Part shown: positions 9,397 through 19,638 of the stretch, piece by piece
How positions within the stretch are numbered: position 1 is the stretch's first letter
Layout of the letters: the number at the start of each line of letters is the position of its first letter
Source: an uncultured delta proteobacterium
Lineage (GTDB): Bacteria; Desulfobacterota; Binatia; UBA9968
Length of the DNA: 64,000 nucleotides
Assembly (NCBI GenBank): GCA_963816145.1
Contig: CAWFJP010000001.1
Coordinates: 352,001-416,000 of the forward strand
Direction of reading: 5' to 3'
Notes under the pieces: model-generated
Databases searched by the model: none
What the model was told of the DNA's origin: nothing
The model's input: only the letters and a program-made list of their open reading frames with translations
Translations under genes and position numbers: made by a program

Positions 9397-10395
9397 CTAA
9401 TTCGGCAACCAGCACACCGCCGCGATCTCGCTCAATTCTCTGCGCAACTTGGTCCACGATTTCGCGCCGTCGTCGCTGCGGTACAAATAACCGTAACGGC
9501 TCGCGGCAAAAATAACATTCGGGTCATCGGAGTTTGTTCCGAAAGTCCACATGGTCGAGTTGGGTTCCTGCGGCAGCGGCAAAATCTTCCAGCTCTGACA
9601 AAAATCATCGCTCTGCGCGAGCGCACCAGAGCTTCCCGGTGTGAAATCGCCGAAGCTCAACAGGATTTTTTTCGGATCCGCCGGGTGCATGGCGATGCCG
9701 CGCAGATAGTTTTCTTTCCTAGGATAGTCCCAGGGCAGCGACTGCTGCATGTTGCGCGGCTCCCAAGTCTTGCCATTATCGGTGCTGCCGTAGATCTCGC
9801 GGTTTGCCATGATGAAAGTCGTTTTGGGCGGGCCGGCAGTGACGGCCACGTTGTGTATGTCGCGCCGCCCGGTCACTTCGACGATGCTCCAACTATCGCC
9901 GCCGTCGCTGCTATGACGGGCGCCATCCACTTCGAGGCCGGCCCAGATATGGTTGGGCTCCAACGGATCGACGGCGATCCCGGTAAACCTCGGCGTACCG
10001 ACTGCTTCGCACTCGGTTGCGACTTCCATGGGGCGCCGATCCCAATTCCGGCCGCCGTCTTTCGAACGGAACAGCATCGCCGGCGTCGGCGTGCCGGTGC
10101 CGGCAAACATGATATCCGGGTTGACCGGATCGAACGCGATCACCCACACGTAATGGTCGTCGAGCGCCGACACGACCCGTTTCCAGTTCGCTCCGCCATC
10201 CTCGCTGCGATAAATCCCTTTCTCCGTACTGGCGAAGAGAATCTTATGCTGCTTTGGATGCATGGCGATGCAGCGTACCGCCGCTTCATAGGCAAATCCC
10301 CGGCGCGGCCCAATGCGCGCCCAAGTTTGGCCGTTGTCCTCGCTGCGCATGATGCTCTGACCGATGGTCCCGACAACTATGGTTACGTCTCGCAT
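9397..10395 (-). CDS. BNR/Asp-box repeat beta-propeller protein (sialidase/GH74-like fold), no signal peptide
   Basis: Seven S-x-D-x-G-x-x-W-type boxes (RSEDNGQTW, RSEDGGANW, RSKDGGRNW, HSSDGGDSW, GSTDNGKTW, QSDDFCQSW, RSDDGAKSW). Confidence 0.85.
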   Translation of the reverse strand: MRDVTIVVGTIGQSIMRSEDNGQTWARIGPRRGFAYEAAVRCIAMHPKQHKILFASTEKGIYRSEDGGANWKRVVSALDDHYVWVIAFDPVNPDIMFAGTGTPTPAMLFRSKDGGRNWDRRPMEVATECEAVGTPRFTGIAVDPLEPNHIWAGLEVDGARHSSDGGDSWSIVEVTGRRDIHNVAVTAGPPKTTFIMANREIYGSTDNGKTWEPRNMQQSLPWDYPRKENYLRGIAMHPADPKKILLSFGDFTPGSSGALAQSDDFCQSWKILPLPQEPNSTMWTFGTNSDDPNVIFAASRYGYLYRSDDGAKSWTKLRRELSEIAAVCWLPN

Positions 10396-10455
10396 ATTTC
10401 CTCCCAATACGACTGGAACGATTGGAACGGCTTGACCAACTGGAACGTGTTTATA

Positions 10456-11436
10456 TTAGATGTTGACCCGATGCAGATCCTTAGTCCGCGGTCCCGCCGC
10501 CGCCCCCGGCGGAAAGATCCCGTCGAGCCGCGCTAAATCTTCTTTGCCGAGCTTCAACTCCACGGCTGTGATATTCTCTTCCAGATGAGCGCGGCTCTTG
10601 TTGCTGGGAATGGGGATCACGTTGTCGCCCTGGGCCATCAGCCAGGCGAGCGCCAGTTGCGCGCAGGTGCAGTGCTTCTCTCGCGCCAGTTCTTCGAATC
10701 GCGCCAACAGCGCGAGATTCTTCGCCAGATTATCGCCTTGAAAACGCGGATGGTTGATCCGGCCATCGCCTTCGCTCATATCCTTCGAGTCATGAACCAG
10801 CCCGCCGAAAAAACCGCGCCCGAGCGGAGAATAGGCCATGAATCCCATTTTGAATTCGCGGCACGCCTGCAAGTTGCCGCCCTCGGGATCGCGCGACCAG
10901 AGCGAGTATTCCATCTGTAAAGAAACGATCGGATGTACCTGGCGCGCGCGCCGGATCGAGTTGGCGCTCGCCTCCGAAAGTCCGATGTAGCGAGTCAGCC
11001 CGCGCTCGACCAATTTTGCCATGGCGCCCACCGACTCTTCGACCGGGATATCCGGATCGACCCGCGACATGCAAAAAATATCCAAGGCAGCGACGCCTAG
11101 CCGCTTCACGCTTTGCTCGCAGTTCTGGGTCAAATACTCCGGCGTGCTGCCGCTGCGACTGCCCTTGGCGTCGGGCGTGCGCGGGCTGCCGGATTTGGAA
11201 TGAATCACGATGCGCTCGCGCCGTCCTTGCAGCGCTTTCTTGATCAGCTCGTGGTTATGGCCCTGGCCATAGCTGGCCGAGGTGTCGAGAAAGTTGATGC
11301 CGAGATCGAACGCCTCGTGCAAGGTCGCGATCGATTCGTTATCGTCCGCCGGCCCATAGGCCCCCGACATGCTCATGCAGCCCAGCGCCAAGCGCGAGAC
11401 TTTAAATTCCGTCGAACCAAATTGAACGTAATCCAT
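10456..11436 (-). CDS. Aldo/keto reductase (AKR13-like)
   Basis: LALGCMSMS, FLDTSASYG, IGLSE, QMEYSLWSR and AYSPLGRG motifs. Confidence 0.92.
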   Translation of the reverse strand: MDYVQFGSTEFKVSRLALGCMSMSGAYGPADDNESIATLHEAFDLGINFLDTSASYGQGHNHELIKKALQGRRERIVIHSKSGSPRTPDAKGSRSGSTPEYLTQNCEQSVKRLGVAALDIFCMSRVDPDIPVEESVGAMAKLVERGLTRYIGLSEASANSIRRARQVHPIVSLQMEYSLWSRDPEGGNLQACREFKMGFMAYSPLGRGFFGGLVHDSKDMSEGDGRINHPRFQGDNLAKNLALLARFEELAREKHCTCAQLALAWLMAQGDNVIPIPSNKSRAHLEENITAVELKLGKEDLARLDGIFPPGAAAGPRTKDLHRVNI

Positions 11437-11583
11437 CGAATCCTCCGTCCAGCGCCCAGAGTTACCGCAGTTGAACGGAAGAAGTCAAACCTCGATATGA
11501 TCTGATTGACAGCAGCATTCCATCTGCATTAGACCTACCTCAGATCGATCCGTGAACGGTCGCGTGACCGTTGGAGAACCATC

Positions 11584-12603
11584 ATGAAACGACGACCCAA
11601 TCTCGCTGCCTTATGTTGTGCATTTGGTTTGATCCTGGCATCGAGCCCGCGACAAAACGCCGTCGCGGCGGAGAAACTTGACAAAGTCCGCTTCACTTAC
11701 GCGCCGCTGTCGGCCAGCGGTTTTCTCTGGTTCATTGCCAAAGACGCCGGCTATTTCGAGAAAAACCGCCTCGATGTCGACATGTATTTCGAAGGCGCAT
11801 CGCCGATCATGGTGCAATCTATTCTCGCAGGCGAGAATCAGCTCGCTGGCGGCTTGGGACCCACCGTAGTCACCAACGTCTTACAGGGTGGAGATGTCAT
11901 TCCTGTCGCCTGTATCACGCACACGTTTACCACCCCCATGTACGTGCAACCGTCGATCACCAGCTTGCAGCAACTCCGCGGCAAGAAAGTCGGTGTCAGC
12001 CGCATCGGCGCCGTATCGCACCTGACCGCGGATTCGATTCTGCGCCGTGCCCGGGTTGGTGATGTAACGATCATCCAAACCGGTGGCATTCCCGAATCCA
12101 TGGCGGCGATCATGACCGGCAACGTCGATGGTGCCATGGTCAACCCGCCGAACAACATAATTCTCAGAGAAAAAGGCTTTCGCGAGATCGTCGGCGCGAA
12201 ACAGCTCAAAGAAATGAATCTGCGCTTTCCCGAGAACGGCGTCATGGCCAAGCGCACCTGGGCCGAAAAGAATGCGGATGCCGTCAAACGGTTCATTAAA
12301 TCGCTCGCTGAGGGCTTGAAGCGAATGCATGACGACAAGGTGTTCGCGATCAAGACCCTGAGCAAGTACACCAAGGTTACCGACGCGAAATCTCTGGAGG
12401 AGAGCTACCGCTGGGGCATGGATAGTTTTTTCAAAGACTTCAAGACACCGCCAGAGGCGATGCGGCTCATGGTCGATCAGCTCGCGTCGTCGCGCATGAT
12501 CGACCTCAATCTCGCGCAAAAAACGCCGCTGACGGCCTATTATGAAAACCGTTATGTTGAAGAGTTGGAGCGCGAAGGGTTTTTCAAGAAACTTTGGCAG
12601 TAG
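11584..12603 (+). CDS. ABC substrate-binding protein, SsuA/TauA/NMT1-THI5 type
   Basis: Signal peptide; GYFEKNRLDV and LRGKKVGVSRIGA motifs. Confidence 0.88.
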   Translation: MKRRPNLAALCCAFGLILASSPRQNAVAAEKLDKVRFTYAPLSASGFLWFIAKDAGYFEKNRLDVDMYFEGASPIMVQSILAGENQLAGGLGPTVVTNVLQGGDVIPVACITHTFTTPMYVQPSITSLQQLRGKKVGVSRIGAVSHLTADSILRRARVGDVTIIQTGGIPESMAAIMTGNVDGAMVNPPNNIILREKGFREIVGAKQLKEMNLRFPENGVMAKRTWAEKNADAVKRFIKSLAEGLKRMHDDKVFAIKTLSKYTKVTDAKSLEESYRWGMDSFFKDFKTPPEAMRLMVDQLASSRMIDLNLAQKTPLTAYYENRYVEELEREGFFKKLWQ

Positions 12604-12610
12604 GGGGGAC

Positions 12611-12690
12611 GATTACAAATTCCAGATTACAGATTCCAAATTGAAATCCGATTCCGGCAATCTGGAATTTGGAATCTGACATTTGGAATT
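12611..12690. repeat. Inverted pair of ATTCCAG/TGGAATT 7-mer arrays forming a hairpin
   Basis: attacaaattccagattacagattccaaattg ... caatctggaatttggaatctgacatttggaatt; similar arrays at 30760-30815 and 45725-45756. Confidence 0.7.
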
Positions 12691-12710
12691 GCTAGCGACA
12701 CGAGGTTTCC

Positions 12711-13697
12711 ATGACAAGTAAAAAGTTCGTCACGCTCCTGCTGTTTTTGACGGCTCTGCTCGGTCAGCGTGCACTGGCCCAGGAAAAACCCAAAATTTAT
12801 ATCGGCCCGGCGAGCAAGACGCTGGGTTATAGCCCGCTTTGGGTCGGCTGGAAGAAGGGCTTTTTCGAGCAACAGGGGTTGGACGTGGAAGTAGTTGTTT
12901 TGCGCGGCATGCCAATGGTTGTGCAAGCTCTGGCGGCGAATTCTATCCAATTCGGCTGCGGCGGGCCCGAGCCGTTTATGGAATCGAGCGACCGCGGCCT
13001 CGATTTCATCATCACCGGCGGCGTCATCAACGGCATGACAGCGGCCATCGTCGCCGGCAAGAAATACAAAAGCTTCGAAGATCTGCGCGGCACGACGGTA
13101 GGATCGTCAGCTTTGACCGGCGGCACGGTCGTCGCATTTCGCGAGGCCTTACGACAAAAAGGCTTGGAATATCCGCGCGACTATAAAATATTGGTGGTCG
13201 CCGGCGGCTCGCCCGGCAATCTTGCGGCATTGCAGTCAGGGCAGATTTCGGCCACGACCGTGGCTGTTCCGTTGAACTATGCCGCGGAAGAATTGGGCTT
13301 CAACACTCTCGGCCGTCTGCTGGACGCCGTGCCGCAGTTCCAGTCGGCGGCTCTGGCCACACGCCGCTCCTGGGCCGAGAAAAATCGCCCGCTGATGGTG
13401 CGCTTCATGAAAGGCATGGTGCAGTCACTGCGCTGGATGCACAACAACAAAGACGCCACAGTGGAATTCCTAGCCAAAGAAATTCAGTTGAAGCCTGCGC
13501 TCGCCCTAAAAGGCTGGGAATACTACACACAAAATCGCATCTGGCCCTACGACGGCGAACCCAACATCGAGGGCATGAAGCACAATATCCGCACCTACTA
13601 CGAACAGACCGGCGCAAAAACCCCGGTGCCGGATGTTTTTAAATTTGTCGAGATGAGTTATCTCAATGAAGCGCTCAAAGAGTTTGGTAAGCGCTAA
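12711..13697 (+). CDS. ABC substrate-binding protein, SsuA/TauA/NMT1-THI5 type
   Basis: Signal peptide; GFFEQQGLDVE and DLRGTTVG motifs. Confidence 0.88.
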   Translation: MTSKKFVTLLLFLTALLGQRALAQEKPKIYIGPASKTLGYSPLWVGWKKGFFEQQGLDVEVVVLRGMPMVVQALAANSIQFGCGGPEPFMESSDRGLDFIITGGVINGMTAAIVAGKKYKSFEDLRGTTVGSSALTGGTVVAFREALRQKGLEYPRDYKILVVAGGSPGNLAALQSGQISATTVAVPLNYAAEELGFNTLGRLLDAVPQFQSAALATRRSWAEKNRPLMVRFMKGMVQSLRWMHNNKDATVEFLAKEIQLKPALALKGWEYYTQNRIWPYDGEPNIEGMKHNIRTYYEQTGAKTPVPDVFKFVEMSYLNEALKEFGKR

Positions 13698-13736
13698 TTT
13701 CATTCCGGGCAAAAATTCGATGTTGAAGACTTTTCC

Positions 13737-13815
13737 GTCATACCGGCGAAAGCCGGTATCCAGGTGCGATGGAGGGCGGGAGCAAAGACTGGATGCCGGC
13801 CTGCGCCGGCATGAC
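13737..13815. repeat. REP-like doublet, family D (GTCATNCCGGC..GCCGGNATCCAG / CTGGATGCCGGC..GCCGGCATGAC)
   Basis: Two inverted hairpins; the right unit is identical over 26 bp to 63071-63096. Confidence 0.78.
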
Positions 13816-13876
13816 GTTCATGAATTCACCGGCGCGCGAGACACCAATCTCCGACATTGGGATCAAGAATTTCCCC

Positions 13877-14953
13877 TTACATCCGCCGCACAACCGGCAT
13901 TACTTCCTGCGCGCAAAGCCGCATCGACTGCAACACCTTATCCTGCGCCAAACTACCGGAAGCGATATTGAGCATGAGCTGCTCGGGATGCATGGCATCG
14001 ACGTAGAACTTGATCTTCTCGATGCATTCATCCGGCGTGCCCCAGACCGCCATGATGTTCGGCCCTTCGGCGGCAACCGCGGCCTTGGCTTTTTCCGGTG
14101 TGCAGAGCTTCTCGAAGGCTTCGCGCGACGCGCTCTTGCTCCCATAGGTTTGAATGGTTTCGGTTTCCACCGGCCGGCTTAATCTGCCGCGCAAAAAGAC
14201 ATCGGCTTGGCTCGACAGCGCGACGGCGCCGTTTTCGATCGCTTCGTGGCGATCGTTGCCGACATGCAAATGAATGCCCAGCACAACGTCGCTCTTGGCT
14301 CCCGCCGGCAAATTTTCCCGATAGGTCTCGGTCAAGCTACTCACCAGCTTGAATGGAATGCCGAGATACCCCGGCTGCACCAAGCCCTGGCCCACTTTGC
14401 CAGCGAAGCTCGCGCTGTTTGGCGTCGTCGCCGCAGCGGTGTAGATCGGCGGATGGGGCTGCTGGATCGGCGGCGGGCTCAGTTTGAAGTCGCGAATCTG
14501 CCAAAACGCGCCGTCGAGCTTTTCGATATAATCGCCTTTGAAGATCTCGACCAGCATGCGGATGCCTTCTTCGAAGCGCGCGCTGCTGGTGGCGGCGTCG
14601 ACATTCATGCGGCCGATCACCCAGGGATGGCCGCGGCCGAGGCCGAGCATGATTCTGCCGTCGGTCAATAAATCCGCCGCGGCGACTTGGCTCGCCAACA
14701 TCGCCGGATGATGAATCGGCATGCTGATGATGCCTGTGAGAAAGCGAATCCGCCGCGCCCGCTGCGCCGCGGCGACATAAAGTCCCAGCGGAAACGGCGA
14801 GCACGAGAACAGATCCTTGCCGTAGCTCTCGGTGATGGAAAAAAAATCGTAGCCCAACTCGTCGGCCACGGCGATCTGTTCCAACACCTCAGCGTAGAGC
14901 TGATGCTCCGACTTCCCCGGATAAGAAAATTCGGTAAACAGTCCAATCTTCAT
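13877..14953 (-). CDS. LLM-class flavin-dependent oxidoreductase (luciferase-like)
   Basis: ADELGYD, DGRIMLGLGRG and PPPIQQPHPPI motifs. Confidence 0.9.
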   Translation of the reverse strand: MKIGLFTEFSYPGKSEHQLYAEVLEQIAVADELGYDFFSITESYGKDLFSCSPFPLGLYVAAAQRARRIRFLTGIISMPIHHPAMLASQVAAADLLTDGRIMLGLGRGHPWVIGRMNVDAATSSARFEEGIRMLVEIFKGDYIEKLDGAFWQIRDFKLSPPPIQQPHPPIYTAAATTPNSASFAGKVGQGLVQPGYLGIPFKLVSSLTETYRENLPAGAKSDVVLGIHLHVGNDRHEAIENGAVALSSQADVFLRGRLSRPVETETIQTYGSKSASREAFEKLCTPEKAKAAVAAEGPNIMAVWGTPDECIEKIKFYVDAMHPEQLMLNIASGSLAQDKVLQSMRLCAQEVMPVVRRM

Positions 14954-14971
14954 ATCGTGCAGATGAAACAA

Positions 14972-15104
14972 GGGCGGGTCTAAAACCCGCCCCTACGAAG
15001 TTCAAATCTTTTTTGCGCTCTTTACGATTAATCCCCCTCCTCTTTCCTCCCCCGCAAGCGGGGGAGGACGAAGGTGGGGGTGACCCTGGTGCCCTTTGTG
15101 GTTA
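14972..15104. repeat. Composite repeat: GTAG-footed REP + TCTTTGCG half-repeat + family-A palindrome
   Basis: gggcgggtctaaaacccgcccctac, then ttttgcgctctttacg, then ccccctcc..cctcccccgcaagcgggggagg..ggtggggg; same order at 50855 and 59202. Confidence 0.75.
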
Positions 15105-15114
15105 ACCCATTTGG

Positions 15115-16194
15115 CTACTTCGTGCGCCGCTGCAGGCCGAAGATCCGGTTAAACTGATCGATGATATCGTTCAGATTCGGCCCAATGGAAGCTGGGCTCA
15201 AGAACACGAAATCTTTCTGAAACAGCTCCTGCACCCAAGGCCGATGCTTGATGCCGCGCCGCACCGACAGCCGTCCGACCTCTGCCATGCGTGTTTGGCC
15301 CTCTTCCGAGAGCATCCAGTCGATGAACAAGACCGCCGAGAACGGATGGGGCGCGCGCTGCATCAGCGTCAAAAAGTTGGGTTCGCCGGCGTAGGGATCG
15401 AGGATCCGATAATCGATCGGCGCGCCTTGCTGCTTGTACTCAGACACGCGCCTAGCGCGCGCCGCGATGGCGATGGCCGATTCGCCGGCGAGCATGAGCT
15501 GCACGCGCATCACGCTGCTCGATCCTGGCATGGCGAGATCCTGCTTGGCGAGCGCCTGCATGAACTCAGTGCCTTTCGCTTTGCCCATGGATTCCAGCAT
15601 GATGTTAAACCAGGTGTACTCTTCGGTGCCGAGGCTCATCCGGCCTTTCCACTTGGGATTGAGCAGGTCGGCATTGGTGCGCGGCGCATCGGCGGCCGAA
15701 ACCTGCTTGGTATTGAACGCCAACGCCATCGGCGTGACATCGAACGCCTGCCAGTAACCCTCGGCATCGAACGAACCCGACTGCAAGGCGCGCCGCTCAG
15801 GCGACAGGTAGGGAGCCGACAACTTGCGCTGCTTCAACTGCCACATCTCCACCGGCGCCGACCCGATCACGTCGGCGGCGAATCTGCCGGCGCGCGCCTC
15901 GGTGTCGACGCGGGTGAATACGCCGGATGGCAGGGCTCGGTAGGTGTTGGTCTTGATGAACGGATAGCTCTTCTCGAAATGCGGCAGGATCTTCGGATAA
16001 TCGGTCAAGCTGAGCGATGTATAGAAAACGATCTCGGCTTCTTTTTTGGCCCCCTCTTCGAGAAATGTCTTGCGCTCGGCGCCGGTAAGCGCCGAGGCCT
16101 TTTTGACCACTTCCTCGACGGTGGCGGCCGACCCGCTGCGCCAAGGCGACAGCAATAGCCACACAACGACGAGAAAACGAATAATATTCGGCAT
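15115..16194 (-). CDS. Extracellular solute-binding protein (AfuA/FbpA/thiamine-type)
   Basis: DLLNPKWKGR and APHPFSAVLFIDWMLSEEGQ motifs; signal peptide. Confidence 0.88.
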   Translation of the reverse strand: MPNIIRFLVVVWLLLSPWRSGSAATVEEVVKKASALTGAERKTFLEEGAKKEAEIVFYTSLSLTDYPKILPHFEKSYPFIKTNTYRALPSGVFTRVDTEARAGRFAADVIGSAPVEMWQLKQRKLSAPYLSPERRALQSGSFDAEGYWQAFDVTPMALAFNTKQVSAADAPRTNADLLNPKWKGRMSLGTEEYTWFNIMLESMGKAKGTEFMQALAKQDLAMPGSSSVMRVQLMLAGESAIAIAARARRVSEYKQQGAPIDYRILDPYAGEPNFLTLMQRAPHPFSAVLFIDWMLSEEGQTRMAEVGRLSVRRGIKHRPWVQELFQKDFVFLSPASIGPNLNDIIDQFNRIFGLQRRTK

Positions 16195-16209
16195 AGTCGT
16201 TGGGCGCGC

Positions 16210-16587
16210 TTACAAGTCGTTGCGCCGCACCGGGCCCCATCCGGTGGTGGAAATATCGATCAGGTTGCCGTCGGGATCGCTCGCCCGCCCTTCGGCGTAG
16301 GTGGCGATGCGGTCCTTCGGCGCGCCCTCAGGATACACTTCCATGATTCGCTTGGTGGTTTCCTGGGCGTCGTCGATGTGGAAGCCGAAATGATACAGCC
16401 CCGCCGGGTGTCCGGGCTCTTTGGGGTCGTTGGCATTCAAGACCGCGAGATTGACCTCGCCGTCGGACAAATGCACCGAACCGTTTTTCGTTCGATATAA
16501 TTCCTTCATGTCGAATACCCGCTTGTAATAGTCCGCGAGCTTTTCCGGCTGGTGCGTAAGCAGTGCCAAGTGTCGAAGCTTTGCCAT
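16210..16587 (-). CDS. VOC (glyoxalase-like) family protein
   Basis: LRHLAL, GLYHFGF and DPDGNLIDI motifs; start at ATG 16587 after a GGAGG-like RBS. Confidence 0.88.
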   Translation of the reverse strand: MAKLRHLALLTHQPEKLADYYKRVFDMKELYRTKNGSVHLSDGEVNLAVLNANDPKEPGHPAGLYHFGFHIDDAQETTKRIMEVYPEGAPKDRIATYAEGRASDPDGNLIDISTTGWGPVRRNDL

Positions 16588-16744
16588 GGTCCTGTTCCCT
16601 CCAAATCCCGAGTTATTTGAGCCAGCGCTATCACCGCCCAGCAATCCTGTCAACGAGCGAAGTCGCATCGATCTCGACTTCCGTAACGATTGGAACGAGT
16701 TGAACAGTTGGAACGATTGGAACTCATTTAGCGCGCCATGCGCG

Positions 16745-17692
16745 CTAAATGACCATAGTCGTCCCAACACTATTGGGCGTGAATGCATCGGGGAACTCGC
16801 GCGCGATGAGATGCGTCGCCTTCCAGCCTGTACAGTGCTGCGGCACAATGACGCTGGGATTGAATTCTTTGAGCGCCTGCACCGTCGGCTGGACGATTGG
16901 CTCGAAGACCGGCCCGGTAAGATGAAACCCGCCGATGACTGCGTGGATCTGCTTGACCCCGGTCATGTCGCGCGCGCATTTTAGCGTGTTCACCACGCCG
17001 GCGTGACCGCAGCCGGTGAGCACGACGAGTCCTTTGTCTTTCACGTTGATGACGATCGCCTGATCGTCATGGATCCACGGGTCAGGCTGCCAACGGCCAT
17101 CGATCAACGCGACTTGAGTGGGACTGCCCTTCTCAAACGGCGTCGTCCGCGGAATCTGGCCGGTTACCAAAGCGTTGCCGCCGATCAGCATCGTCGGCCC
17201 GCGCTCTTCGATGATCTGCACATCTTCGCCTTCGAGATCCTTCTTGCTCGGCGGGATATGCTCCGACTCGTGGCCGTCGCCCTGAATGTTTTTACGTTGC
17301 AGGTAAGCGTCGGGATGGAGCACGATGGGCACTCGCGGCCGGCCATAACGTTTGATGAATCCCATCAGGCCGCGCGTGTGATCGGTGTGGCCATGGCTCA
17401 AGACCACGGCATGAAGCTCGTTGCCCTTGATGTCGAGCACATCCATATTGTGCAGCACACCATCGACGGTCACACCGGTGTCGAACAGAAACGAGTCCTT
17501 GTTACCGCCGGCATAGGTGGTCACCAGCATCGACACGCCGTGCTCGGCGCGCAGCTGCGGTCCCTTGTGCCCGTCACTCTTGCGCCGGTGGCGCTTGGCC
17601 ACCGGCGTGTTGCCCATGAGCACGTCGATGGTATTGTCCATGATGCTGAGGATCTCCACGCGGTCGACTTCTTTCAGGGGTACCGGTGCCAT
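16745..17692 (-). CDS. MBL-fold metallo-hydrolase (COG1237/DHPS-like)
   Basis: EHG, LFDTG, LSHGHTDH, TGCGHAG, GGFHL and HCTG motifs. Confidence 0.9.
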   Translation of the reverse strand: MAPVPLKEVDRVEILSIMDNTIDVLMGNTPVAKRHRRKSDGHKGPQLRAEHGVSMLVTTYAGGNKDSFLFDTGVTVDGVLHNMDVLDIKGNELHAVVLSHGHTDHTRGLMGFIKRYGRPRVPIVLHPDAYLQRKNIQGDGHESEHIPPSKKDLEGEDVQIIEERGPTMLIGGNALVTGQIPRTTPFEKGSPTQVALIDGRWQPDPWIHDDQAIVINVKDKGLVVLTGCGHAGVVNTLKCARDMTGVKQIHAVIGGFHLTGPVFEPIVQPTVQALKEFNPSVIVPQHCTGWKATHLIAREFPDAFTPNSVGTTMVI

Positions 17693-17700
17693 AACGCCTC

Positions 17701-18531
17701 CTATTTTACTTCGAAAAGAAACGGTTTCTGCAATATCCAGTTGACGATCTGCTCAACAGTTTCGGATTCCCTGCCCCAAAAGCCATGTTGGCTGCGCGCT
17801 TCGCAGGTTGTCGATTCCGGCGGCAAACCGCCCCACACGGTAATCAGCGGATACTTTTCAGATAGGTGCGCGGCATCGCCGTAGGGCGTGTAACGGCATT
17901 GATCGCTGACATGATGCGCAAACAAAATCGGCACCGCAATCGTCGTGAAGTCGAAGCGGCTAAGTGCAGGGCCGGGCTCGTTACTATTTCGCCCCACCTC
18001 TCTAAACATAGTCGCGGTGAGAACTATGCCGGCGACTTTTGTACCGAAACGAGCGCCCAGCGCCGCCGCCGATATCGTGCCGCGGCTGGTGCCGATCAAA
18101 AACACCGACAAGCCGGGAAAACGCTTGTTGAGATCGGCGACTACCGCGGAAATATCGGTGAAGTGATCGCCGCCCAGGCGAAACTCATCAGTCATGCCCC
18201 AACCACGTTGCTGATCCGAAGGCGCATCAAGAATCGCTGCAATGACGCCGCGCCTGACGAACTCGGCACGGCTACGAACCAAAAAATTGCCACCGGCAAA
18301 CTTCGGCTGTCCGCCCTCGCTGCGCAGCTGAATCAATCCACCGGAACCAGGAAACAAAATAGCAATCGCTTGCAGCTGCTTCGGCGCACTGGTGAGGAAA
18401 TAGGACTGCGTTACGTTAGCGCGAGTCGTGAGCGCGACGATCTCCTGGGCGGCCGCCAACCCTGTCAGCATCAACAGTGCCGTCACCACGATCAGAGTGC
18501 CGATGGCTCGGCGGCGCCAAAGCCTAGACAT
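17701..18531 (-). CDS. Exported alpha/beta hydrolase
   Basis: Signal peptide; FPGSGG, GTSRG nucleophile elbow and HGFWG motifs. Confidence 0.82.
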   Translation of the reverse strand: MSRLWRRRAIGTLIVVTALLMLTGLAAAQEIVALTTRANVTQSYFLTSAPKQLQAIAILFPGSGGLIQLRSEGGQPKFAGGNFLVRSRAEFVRRGVIAAILDAPSDQQRGWGMTDEFRLGGDHFTDISAVVADLNKRFPGLSVFLIGTSRGTISAAALGARFGTKVAGIVLTATMFREVGRNSNEPGPALSRFDFTTIAVPILFAHHVSDQCRYTPYGDAAHLSEKYPLITVWGGLPPESTTCEARSQHGFWGRESETVEQIVNWILQKPFLFEVK

Positions 18532-18554
18532 ACGTCATCACATACTTCGTCTGC

Positions 18555-19463
18555 TTAATTCTTCACCGACCTGTAGGCCGCATCGATGTAGAGGCCCAAA
18601 AGGTTCTGGCCATTCCAGTCCGCATACTCGGGCATTTTAAGTTCGGTCTTGATCTCTGCGAGAGACTTGCCCTGCGCCGCCATCTCCCCCACCCGTATAA
18701 GCAGCAAGTTGTAGAAACCTTCGTACTCGTCGAAGGTTTTCGTCGTGGTCACCGGACCATGTCCAGTAATAACAACCTCCGGGTTAAGAGCTTTCATTAG
18801 CTTATAGCTGGCCAGCACGTCGGCGATCACAACCGACGGCCGAAGATTTTGCAAGCCTTTTACGACAGACGCCGCCGCCGCGAACAGCACTCGCTCTTTT
18901 GGCATCCATATGGCAGTGTCAGCGAAACTGTGAACGTTTTTCAGATAAATCAATTCAAAAGTACGCTCGCCAAGATTGATCGTCATCCGGTCCTTGTACT
19001 CGACATGCGGCGCGATCATTCTTTCACCCTTCACCGCCTCGCGCATTTCGGGGGATTGCGCGGCAAGAGTTTCGGCTCGCTTGGGATTGTACTCCCTCTT
19101 CATCCCCGCCGCCGCTCCTTCGGCGCTAATAATGATTGCTGGCGGCGAGAAAATGAAGTGATTACCGGTGTGATCGTTATGGGTCTCGGTGTCGATGAGA
19201 AACACGATCGGTTTATCGGTGACTTTCTTGATCGCCGCCAACATGTTGCGCGACTGCAACGGGTTATTGCAACTATCGATCACCACCACACCTTCCTGCG
19301 TCACGACGAAACTGCAAGTCGTCGTGGTCTGGTCCGGTGCGAAGGTATAAATGCCATCCTTGATCTTGTGAAACCCCGGGCCGAGATCTTGCGCGCCCAA
19401 TGCGCCTACCCATAAGAACGCCGCCAACGCGGCCAAGCTAAGCATACCGGTTTTCAATTTCAC
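18555..19463 (-). CDS. Exported MBL-fold metallo-hydrolase (cyclase-like subclass)
   Basis: Signal peptide; VVVIDS, TETHNDHTGN, VHS and ITGHG motifs. Confidence 0.85.
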   Translation of the reverse strand: MKLKTGMLSLAALAAFLWVGALGAQDLGPGFHKIKDGIYTFAPDQTTTTCSFVVTQEGVVVIDSCNNPLQSRNMLAAIKKVTDKPIVFLIDTETHNDHTGNHFIFSPPAIIISAEGAAAGMKREYNPKRAETLAAQSPEMREAVKGERMIAPHVEYKDRMTINLGERTFELIYLKNVHSFADTAIWMPKERVLFAAAASVVKGLQNLRPSVVIADVLASYKLMKALNPEVVITGHGPVTTTKTFDEYEGFYNLLLIRVGEMAAQGKSLAEIKTELKMPEYADWNGQNLLGLYIDAAYRSVKN

Positions 19464-19638
19464 GGACTTCTCCTCTATAGGGCAGAAAACACTTCCGATC
19501 CGGGCTCAAGCTTACCGAAATGACTCGGAGAGCGTCAAGTAACTATCTTCCGAATGTTTTACATTGACCATTGAGCCCGCGTTGTACTAGAGAAGGCCAA
19601 AGCCAGACGGCATTTGTAACACAGTGATCGGAGGGGAT

